DNA of 64,000 nucleotides from Azolla caroliniana. Taxonomy: Eukaryota; Plantae; Polypodiophyta. The notes beneath the pieces are model-generated. The model made no database searches. It saw nothing but the letters and a program-made list of their open reading frames with translations, and was not told the origin of the DNA. The position numbers and the translations under genes are program-made. This document shows, piece by piece, positions 50,401-62,400 of this stretch; the stretch's first letter is position 1, and every line of letters begins with the position of its first letter. The stretch is taken from positions 1 through 64,000 of the forward strand of contig JBHGNT010000078.1 in NCBI GenBank assembly GCA_043228905.1. Direction: 5' to 3'.

Positions 50401-53400
50401 TTAATTTACTCACGGGGTCTCCTCCACTACCTTCTCAAATTTGCTAATTTCTTCATGTCATATCATATCTAGTGTTGTTAGCTTCGATTCGCATGTTTGA
50501 ACACAAAAATCCGATATCACACGAGCCAAGTATGAACATTTTAATTTACTAACGCCCTATTCTCCAATACCTGCTAAAAGTTGCTAATTTCTTCATGTCT
50601 CTCGACCTGTGTTTTAAAATTATAATTTTTCAATTCCATATCATAACTAGCGTTCTTAGCTTCGATTCGCATGTTTGAACACAAAAATCCGATATCACAC
50701 GAGCCAGGTATGAACATTTTAATTTACTGACGCGCTCTTCTCAACTCCTTCCTCAAATTTGCTAATTTCCTCATGTCTCTCGACCTGAGTTTCAAATTCT
50801 TGATTTTCTAATTCCATATCATAGCTAGTGTTGTTAGCTTCGATTCGCTTGTTTGAACACAAAAATCCGATATCCCACATGGCAGGCATGAACATTTTAA
50901 TTTACTCACGGGGTCTTCTCCACTACCTTCTCAAATTTGCTAATTTCTTCATGTCTTTCGACCTGAGTTTCAAAATCTTGATTTTTTAATTCCATATCAT
51001 AGCTAGTGTTGTTAGCTTCCATTCGCATGTTTGAACACAAAAATCCAATATCACACGAGCCAGGTATGAACATTTTAATTTACTAACGCGCTCTTCTCTA
51101 ATACCTCCTCAAATTTGCTAATTTCTTCATGTCTCTCGACCTGTGTTTGAAAATTATAATTTTTCAATTCTATATCATAACTAGCGTTCTTAGCTTCGAT
51201 TCGCAAGTTTGAACACAAAAATTTCATATCACACGAGCCAGGTATGAGCATTTTAATTTACTGACGCCCTCTTCTCAACTCCTTCCTCAAATTTGCTAAT
51301 TTCTTCATGTCTCTGGACCTGAGTTTCAAAGTCTTGATTTTTTAATTCTATATCATAGCTAGCGTTGTTAGCTTCGATTCGCATGTTTGAACACAAAAAT
51401 CCAATATCACACGAGCCAGGTATGAACATTTTAATTTACTAACGCGCTCTTCTCCAATACCTCCTGAAATTTGCTAATTTCTTTATGTCTCTCGACCTGT
51501 GTTTCAAAATTATAATTTATCAATTCTATATCATAACTAGCGTTCTTAGCTTCGATTCGCATGTTTGAACACAAAAAGCCGATATCACACGAGCCAGGTA
51601 TGAACATTTTAATTTACTAACGCGCTCTTCTCCAATACCTCCTCAAATTTGCTAATTTCTTCATGTCTCTCGACCTGTGTTTGAAAATTATAATTTTTCA
51701 ATTCTATATCATAACTAGCGTTCTTAGCTTCGATTCGCATGTTTGAACACAAAAATCCGATATCACACGAGCCAGGTATGAACATTTTAATTTACTAACG
51801 CGCTCTTCTCCAATACCTCCTCAAATTTGCTAATTTCTTCATGTCTCTCGACCTGTGTTTCAAAATTATAATTTTTCAATTCTATATCATAACTAGCGTT
51901 CTTAGCTTCGATTCGCATGTTTGAACACAAAAATCCGATATCACACGACCCAGGTATGAGCATTTTAATTTACTAACGCGCTCTTCTCAACTCCTTCCTA
52001 AAATTTGCAAATTTCTTCATGTCTCTGGACCTGAGTTTCAAAGTCTTGATTTTTTAATTCTATATCATAACTAGCATTGTTAGGTACGATTCGCATTTTT
52101 GAACACAAAAATGCGATATCCCAGAAGCCAGGTATGAACATTTTAATTTACTCACGGGGTCTTCTCCACTACCTTCTCAAATTTGCTAATTTCTTCATGT
52201 CTCTCGACCTGAGCTTCAAAATCTTGATTTTTCAATTCTATGTCATAGCTAGTGTTGTTAGCTTTGATTCGCATGTTTGAACACAAAAATCCAATATCAG
52301 ACGAGCCAAGTATGAACATTTTAATTTACTAATGCGCTCTTCTCCAATACCTCCTCAAATTTGCTAATTTCTTCACATCTCTCGACCTGTGTTTCAAAAT
52401 TATAGTTTTTCAATTCTATATCATAACTAGCGTTCTTAGCTTCGATTCGCATGTTTGAACATAAAAATCCGATATCACACGAGCCAGGTATGAACACTTT
52501 AATTTATTGACGCGCTCTTCTCAACTCCTTCCTCAAATTTGCTAATTTCTTCATGTCTCTGGACCTGAGTTTCAAATTCTTGATTTTCCCATTCCATATC
52601 ATAGCTAGTGTTGTTAGCTTCGATTCGCATGTTTGAACACAAAAATCCGATATCCCAGAAGCCAGGCATGAACATTTTAATTTACTCACGGGGTCTTCTC
52701 CACTACCTTCTCAAATTTGCTAATTTCTTCATGTCTTTCGACCTGAGTTTCAAAATCTTGATTTTTTAATTCCATATCATAGCTAGTGTTGTTAGCTTCC
52801 ATTCGCATGTTTGAACACAAAAATCCAATATCACACGAGCCAGGCTCTTCTCTAATACCTCCTCAAATTTGCTAATTTCTTCATGTCTCTTGACCTGTAT
52901 TTGAAAATTATAATTTTTCAATTCTATATCATAACTAGCGTTCTTAGCTTCGATTCGCAAGTTTGAACACAAAAATCTCATATCACACGAGCCAGGTATG
53001 AGCATTTTAATTTTCTGACGCCCTCTTCTCAACTCCTTCCTCAAATTTGCTAATTTCTTCATATCTCTGGACCTGAGTTTCAAAGTCTTGATTTTTTAAT
53101 TCTATATCATAGCTAGCGTTGTTAGCTTCGATTCGCATGTTTGAACACAAAAATCCAATATCACACGAGCCAGGTATGAACATTTTAATTTTCTAACGCG
53201 CTCTTCTCCAATACCTCCTCAAATTTGCTAATTTCTTCATGTCTCTCGACCTGTGTTTCAAAATTATAATTTTTCAATTCTATATCATAACTAGCGTTCT
53301 TAGCTTCGATTCGCATGTTTGAACACAAAAATCCGATATAACACGACCCAGGTATGAGCATTTTAATTTACTAATGCGCTCTTCTCAACTCCTTCCTGTC

Positions 53401-56400
53401 TCTGGACCTGAGTTTCAAAGTCTTGATTTTTTAATTCCATATCATAGCTAGTGTTGTTAGCTTCGATTCGCATGTTTGAACATAAAAATCTGATATCACA
53501 CGAGCCAGGTATGAACATTTTAATTTACTCACGGGGTTTTCTCAACTCCTTCCTCAAGATTGCTAATTTCTTCATGTCTCTCGACCTGAGTTTCAAAATT
53601 ATAATTTTTCAATTCAATATCATAGCTAGCGTTGCTAGCTTCGATTCTCATGTTTGAACACAAAAATCTGATATCACACGAGCCAGCTATTAACATTTTA
53701 TTTTACTCACCGGGTCTTCTCACCTCCTTCCTCATCTTTGCTAATTTGTTAATATCTCTCGACCTGAGTCTCGAAATCTTGATGTTTTAATTCTATATCA
53801 TAGCTAGCGTTCTTAGCTTCGATTCACATTTTTGAACATAAAAATCCGATATCCCACAAGCCAGGCACGAACATTTTAATTTACTCACGGGGTCTTCTCC
53901 ACTAACTTCTCAAATTTGCTAATTTGTTTATGTCTCTCGACTTGAGTTTCAAAATCTTGATTTTTTAATTCCATATCATAGCTAGTGTTGTTAGCTTCGA
54001 TTCTCATGTTTGCACATAAAAATCTGATATCACACGAGCCAGGTATGAACATTTACTCACGGGGTTTCTCAACTCCTTCCTCAAGATTGCTAATTTCTTC
54101 ATGTCTGTCGACCTGTGTTTCAAAATTATAATATCACAAAATCTGATATCACAAAAGCCAGGTATAAACATATTAATTTACTCACGGGGTCTTCTCCACT
54201 ACCTGTTCAAATTTGCTAACTTCGTCAAGTCTCTAGACCGGTGTTTCAATTGAATATCATAGCTAGCGTTGTTAGCTTCGATTCGCATGTTTGAACACAA
54301 ACATCCGATATCACACGAGCCAGGTATGAACATTTTAAATGATTGACGGGGTCTTCTCCACTACCTCCTCAAATTTGCTAATTTCTTCATGCCTCTCGAC
54401 CTGAGTTTCAAAATCTTGATTTTTTAATTCTATATCATAGCTAGCGTTGCTAGCTTCGATTCGCATGTTTGAACACAAAAATCCGATATCACACGAGCCA
54501 GGTATGAATATTTTAATTTACTCACGGGGTCTTCTCAACTCGTTCCTCAAATATGCAAATATCTTCATGTCTCTCGACCTGTGTTTCAAAATCTTGATTT
54601 TTTAATTCCATATCATAGCTAGTATTCTTAGCTTCGATTCGCATGTTTGAACACAAAAATCCGATATAAATCGAGCCAGCTATGAACATTTTAATTTCCG
54701 AAGAGGGTCTTCTCCACCTGCTCGTCAAATTTGCTAATCTCTTCATGTCTCTCGACCTGAGTTTGAAAATGTTAATTTTTTCATTCCATACCATAGCTAG
54801 CATTGTTAGCTTCGATTCGCATATTTGAACACAAAAATCCGATATCACACCAGCCAGGTATGAACATTATAATTTACTCACGGGGTCTTCTCCACTACCT
54901 TCCCAATTTTGCTAATTTCTTCATGTCTCTCGACCTGAGTTTCAAAATCTTGATTTTTTAATTCCATATCATAGCTAGTATTCTTAGATTCGATTCGCAT
55001 GTTTGAACACAAAAATCCGATATCACACGAGCCAGGTATGAACATTTTAATTTACTCACTAGGTCTTCTCCACTACATTCTCCAATTTGCTAATTTCTTC
55101 ATTTCTCTCAACCTGAGTTTCAAAATCTTGATTTTTTAATTCTATATCCTAGCTAGCGTTGGTACCTTCGATTCCCATGTTTGAACACAAAATTACGATA
55201 TCACACGAGCCAGGTATGAACATTTTCATTTACTCACCGGGTCTTCTCCACTACCTCCTCAAATTTGCTAATTTCTTGATGTCTCTTGAACTGAGTTTCA
55301 AAATCTTGATTTTTTAATTGCATATCATAGCTAGCGTTGTTAGCTTCGATTCGCATGTTTGAACAAAAAAATCCAATATCACACGAGCCAGGTATGAACA
55401 TTTTAATTTACTCACGGGGTCTTCTCAACTCCTTCCTCAAATTTGCTAATTTCTTCATATCTCTCGACCTGTGTTTCAAAATCTTAATTTTCTAATTCCA
55501 TATCATAGCTAGCGTTGCTAGCTTCGATTCTCATGTTTGAACACAAAAATCCGATATCACACGAGCTAGATATGAACATTTTAATTTACACACCGGGTAT
55601 TCTCAACGCCCTCCTCAAGTTTGCTAATTTCCTCATGTCTCTCGATCTGAGTTTCAAAATCTTGATTTTCGAATTCTATATCATAGCTAGCGTTTTAGCT
55701 TCGATTCGCATGTTTGAACACAAACATCCGATATCACACGAGCCAGGTATGAACATTTTAAATTACTGACGGGGTCTTCTAAACTCCTTCCTCAAATTTG
55801 CTAATTTCCTCATGTCTCTAGACCTGAGTTTCAAAATTATATTTTTTAATTCTATATCATAGCTAGCGTTGTTAGCTTCGATTCGCATGTTTGAACACAA
55901 AAATCCGATATCACACGAGCCAGGTATGAACATTTTAATTTACTAACGCGCTCTTCTCCAATACCTCCTCAAATTTGCTAATTTCTTCATGTCTCTCGAC
56001 CTGTGTTTCAAAATTATAATTTTTCAATTCTATATCATAACTAGCGTTCTTAGCTTCGATTCGCATGTTTGAACACAAAAATCCGATATCACACGACCCA
56101 GGTATGAGCATTTTAATTTACTAACGCGCTCTTCTCAACTCCTTCCTAAAATTTGCAAATTTCTTCATGTCTCTGGACCTGAGTTTCAAAGTCTTGATTT
56201 TTTAATTCTATATCATAACTAGCGTTGTTAGGTACGATCCGCATTTTTGAACACAAAAATGCGATATCCCAGAAGCCAGGTATGAACATTTTAATTTACT
56301 CACGGGGTCTTCTCCACTACCTTCTCAAATTTGCTAATTTCTTCATGTCTCTCGACCTGAGCTTCAAAATCTTGATTTTTCAATTCTATGTCATAGCTAG

Positions 56401-59400
56401 TGTTGTTAGCTTTGATTCGCATGTTTGAACACAAAAATCCAATATCAGACGAGCCAAGTATGAACATTTTAATTTACTAATGCGCTCTTCTCCAATACCT
56501 CCTCAAATTTGCTAATTTCTTCACATCTCTCGACCTGTGTTTCAAAATTATAGTTTTTCAATTCTATATCATAACTAGCGTTCTTAGCTTCGATTCGCAT
56601 GTTTGAACACAAAAATCCGATATCACACGAGCCAGGTATGAACACTTTAATTTATTGACGCGCTCTTCTCAACTCCTTCCTCAATTTGCTAATTTCTTCA
56701 TGTCTCTGGACCTGAGTTTCAAATTCTTGATTTTCTAATTCCATAACATAGCTAGTGTTGTTAGCTTCGATTCGCATGTTTGAACACAAAAATCCGATAT
56801 CCCACAAGCCAGGCATGAACATTTTAATTTACTCACGGGGTCTCCTCCACTACCTTCTCAAATTTGCTAATTTCTTCATGTCATATCATATCTAGTGTTG
56901 TTAGCTTCGATTCGCATGTTTGAACACAAAAATCCAATATCACACGAGCCAAGTATGAACATTTTAATTTACTAACGCCCTATTCTCCAATACCTCCTAA
57001 AAGTTGCTAATTTCTTCATGTCTCTCGACCTGTGTTTGAAAATTATAATTTTTCAATTCCATATCATAACTAGCGTTCTTAGCTTCGATTCGCATGTTTG
57101 AACACAAAAATCCGATATCACACGACCCAGGTATGAACATTTTAATTTACTGACGCGCTCTTCTCAACTCCTTCCTCAAATTTGCTAATTTCTTCATGTC
57201 TCTGGACCTGAGTTTCAAATTCTTGATTTTCCCATTCCATATCATAGCTAGTGTTGTTAGCTTCGATTCGCATGTTTGAACACAAAAATCCGATATCCCA
57301 CAAGCCAGGCATGAACATTTTAATTTACTCACGGGGTCTTCTCCACTACCTTCTCAAATTTGCTAATTTCTTCATGTCTTTCGACCTGAGTTTCAAAATC
57401 TTGATTTTTTAATTCCATATCATAGCTAGTGTTGTTAGCTTCCATTCGCATGTTTGAACACAAAAATCCAATATCACACGAGCCAGGCTCTTCTCTAATA
57501 CCTCCTCAAATTTGCTAATTTCTTCATGTCTCTCGACCTGTGTTTGAAAATTATAATTTTTCAATTCTATATCATAACTAGCGTTCTTAGCTTCGATTCG
57601 CAAGTTTGAACACAAAATTCTCATATCACACGAGCCATGTATGAGCATTTTAATTTTCTGACGCCCTCTTCTCAACTCCTTCCTCAAATTTGCTAATTTC
57701 TTCATATCTCTGGACCTGAGTTTCAAAGTCTTGATTTTTTAATTCTATATCATAGCTAGCGTTGTTAGCTTCGATTCGCATGTTTGAACACAGAAATCCA
57801 ATATCACACGAGCCAGGTATGAACATTTTAATTTACTAACGCGCTCTTCTCCAATACCTCCTCAAATTTGCTAATTTCTTCATGTCTCTCGACCTGTGTT
57901 TCAAAATTATAATTTTTCAATTCTATATCATAACTAGCGTTCTTAGCTTCGATTCGCATGTTTGAACACAAAAATCCGATATCACACGACCCAGGTATGA
58001 GCATTTTAATTTACTAATGCGCTCTTCTCAACTCCTTCCTGTCTCTGGACCTGAGTTTCAAAGTCTTGATTTTTTAATTCCATATCATAGCTAGTGTTGT
58101 TAGCTTCGATTCGCATGTTTGAACATAAAAATCTGATATCACACGAGCCAGGTATGAACATTTTAATTTACTAACGGGGTTTTCTCAACTCCTTCCTCAA
58201 GATTGCTAATTTCTTCTTGTCTGTCGACCTGAGTTTCAAAATTATAATTTTTCAATTCAATATCATAGCTAGCGTTGCTAGCTTCGATTCTCATGTTTGA
58301 ACACAAAAATCTGATATCACACGAGCCAGCTATTAACATTTTATTTTACTCACCGGGTCTTCTCACCTCCTTCCTCATCTTTGCTAATTTGTTAATATCT
58401 CTCGACCTGAGTCTCGAAATCTTGATTTTTTAATTCTATATCATAGCTAGCGTTCTTAGCTTCGATTCACATTTTTGAACTGAGTTTCAAAATCTTGATT
58501 TTAATTGCATATCATAGCTAGCGTTGTTAGCTTCGATTCGCATGTTTGAACAAAAAAATCCAATATCACACGAGCCAGGTATGAACATTTTAATTTACTC
58601 ACGGGGTCTTCTCAACTCCTTCCTCAAATTTGCTAATTTCTTCATATCTCTCGACCTGTGTTTCAAAATCTTAATTTTCTAATTCCATATCATAGCTAGC
58701 GTTGCTAGCTTCGATTCTCATGTTTGAACACAAAAATCCGATATCACACGAGCTAGATATGAACATTTTAATTTACACACCGGGTATTCTCAACGCCCTC
58801 CTCAAGTTTGCTAATTTCCTCATGTCTCTCGATCTGAGTTTCAAAATCTTGATTTTTGAATTCTATATCATAGCTAGCGTTTTAGCTTCGATTCGCATGT
58901 TTGAACACAAACATCCGATATCACACGAGCCAGGTATGAACATTTTAAATTACTGACGGGGTCTTCTAAACTCCTTCCTCAAATTTGCTAATTTCCTCAT
59001 GTCTCTAGACCTGAGTTTCAAAATTATATTTTTTAATTCTATATCATAGCTAGCGTTGTTAGCTTCGATTCGCATGTTTGAACACAAAAATCCGATATCA
59101 CACGAGCCAGGTATGAACATTTTAATTTACTAACGCGCTCTTCTCCAATACCTCCTCAAATTTGCTAATTTCTTCATGTCTCTCGACCTGTGTTTGAAAA
59201 TTATAATTTTTCAATTCTATATCATAACTAGCGTTCTTAGCTTCGATTCGCATGTTTGAACACAAAAATCCGATATCACACGACCCAGGTATGAGCATTT
59301 TAATTTACTAACGCGCTCTTCTCAACTCCTTCCTAAAATTTGCAAATTTCTTCATGTCTCTGGACCTGAGTTTCAAAGTCTTGATTTTTTAATTCTATAT

Positions 59401-62400
59401 CATAACTAGCGTTGTTAGGTACGATTCGCATTTTTGAACACAAAAATGCGATATCCCAGAAGCCAGGTATGAACATTTTAATTTACTCACGGGGTCTTCT
59501 CCACTACCTTCTCAAATTTGCTAATTTGTTCATGTCTCTCGACCTGAGCTTCAAAATCTTGATTTTTCAATTCTATGTCATAGCTAGTGTTGTTAGCTTT
59601 GATTCGCATGTTTGAACACAAAAATCCAATATCAGACGAGCCAAGTATGAACATTTTAATTTACTAATGCGCTCTTCTCCAATACCTCCTCAAATTTGCT
59701 AATTTCTTCACATCTCTCGACCTGTGTTTCAAAATTATAGTTTTTCAATTCTATATCATAACTAGCGTTCTTAGCTTCGATTCGCATGTTTGAACACAAA
59801 AATCCGATATCACACGAGCCAGGTATGAACACTTTAATTTATTGACGCGCTCTTCTCAACTCCTTCCTCAAATTTGCTAATCTCTTCATGTCTCTGGACC
59901 TGAGTTTCAAATTCTTGATTTTCTAATTCCATAACATAGCTAGTGTTGTTAGCTTCGATTCGCATGTTTGAACACAAAAATCCGATATCCCACAAGCCAG
60001 GCATGAACATTTTAATTTACTCACGGGGTCTCCTCCACTACCTTCTCAAATTTGCTAATTTCTTCATGTCATATCATATCTAGTGTTGTTAGCTTCGATT
60101 CGCATGTTTGAACACAAAAATCCAATATCACACGAGCCAAGTATGAACATTTTAATTTACTAACGCCCTATTCTCCAATACCTCCTAAAAGTTGCTAATT
60201 TCTTCATGTCTCTCGACCTGTGTTTGAAAATTATAATTTTTCAATTCCATATCATAACTAGCGTTCTTAGCTTCGATTCGCATGTTTGAACACAAAAATC
60301 CGATATCACACGAGCCAGGTATGAACATTTTAATTTACTGACGCGCTCTTCTCAACTCCTTCCTCAAATTTGCTAATTTCTTCATGTCTCTGGACCTGAG
60401 TTTCAAATTCTTGATTTTCCCATTCCATATCATAGCTAGTGTTGTTAGCTTCGATTCGCATGTTTGAACACAAAAATCCGATATCCCACAAGCCAGGCAT
60501 GAACATTTTAATTTACTCACGGGGTCTTCTCCATTACCTTCTCAAATTTGCTAATTTCTTCATGTCTTTCGACCTGAGTTTCAAAATCTTGATTTTTTAA
60601 TTCCATATCATAGCTAGTGTTGTTAGCTTCCATTCGCATGTTTGAACACAAAAATCCAATATCACACGAGCCAGGCTCTTCTCTAATACCTCCTCAAATT
60701 TGCTAATTTCTTCATGTCTCTCGACCTGTGTTTGAAAATTATAATTTTTCAATTCCATATCATAACTAGCGTTCTTAGCTTCGATTCGCATGTTTGAACA
60801 CAAAAATCCGATATCACACGAGCCAGGTATGAACATTTTAATTTACTGACGCGCTCTTCTCAACTCCTTCCTCAAATTTGCTAATTTCTTCATGTCTCTG
60901 GACCTGAGTTTCAAATTCTTGATTTTCCCATTCCATATCATAGCTAGTGTTGTTAGCTTCGATTCGCATGTTTGAACACAAAAATCCGATATCCCACAAG
61001 CCAGGCATGAACATTTTAATTTACTCACGGGGTCTTCTCCACTACCTTCTCAAATTTGCTAATTTCTTCATGTCTTTCGACCTGAGTTTCAAAATCTTGA
61101 TTTTTTAATTCCATATCATAGCTAGTGTTGTTAGCTTCCATTCGCATGTTTGAACACAAAAATCCAATATCACACGAGCCAGGCTCTTCTCTAATACCTC
61201 CTCAAATTTGCTAATTTCTTCATGTCTCTCGACCTGTGTTTGAAAATTATAATTTTTCAATTCTATATCATAACTAGCGTTCTTAGCTTCGATTCGCAAG
61301 TTTGAACACAAAAATCCGATATCACACGAGCCAGGTATGAACACTTTAATTTATTGACGCGCTCTTCTCAACTCCTTCCTCAAATTTGCTAATCTCTTCA
61401 TGTCTCTGGACCTGAGTTTCAAATTCTTGATTTTCTAATTCCATAACATAGCTAGTGTTGTTAGCTTCGATTCGCATGTTTGAACACAAAAATCCGATAT
61501 CCCACAAGCCAGGCATGAACATTTTAATTTACTCACGGGGTCTCCTCCACTACCTTCTCAAATTTGCTAATTTCTTCATGTCATATCATATCTAGTGTTG
61601 TTAGCTTCGATTCGCATGTTTGAACACAAAAATCCAATATCACACGAGCCAAGTATGAACATTTTAATTTACTAACGCCCTATTCTCCAATACCTCCTAA
61701 AAGTTGCTAATTTCTTCATGTCTCTAGACCTGAGTTTCAAAATTATATTTTTTAATTCTATATCATAGCTAGCGTTGTTAGCTTCGATTCGCATGTTTGA
61801 ACACAAAAATCCGATATCACACGAGCCAGGTATGAACATTTTAATTTACTAACGCGCTCTTCTCCAATACCTCCTCAAATTTGCTAATTTCTTCATGTCT
61901 CTCGACCTGTGTTTGAAAATTATAATTTTTCAATTCTATATCATAACTAGCGTTCTTAGCTTCGATTCGCATGTTTGAACACAAAAATCCGATATCACAC
62001 GACCCAGGTATGAGCATTTTAATTTACTAACGCGCTCTTCTCAACTCCTTCCTAAAATTTGCAAATTTCTTCATGTCTCTGGACCTGAGTTTCAAAGTCT
62101 TGATTTTTTAATTCTATATCATAACTAGCGTTGTTAGGTACGATTCGCATTTTTGAACACAAAAATGCGATATCCCAGAAGCCAGGTATGAACATTTTAA
62201 TTTACTCACGGGGTCTTCTCCACTACCTTCTCAAATTTGCTAATTTGTTCATGTCTCTCGACCTGAGCTTCAAAATCTTGATTTTTCAATTCTATGTCAT
62301 AGCTAGTGTTGTTAGCTTTGATTCGCATGTTTGAACACAAAAATCCAATATCAGACGAGCCAAGTATGAACATTTTAATTTACTAATGCGCTCTTCTCCA

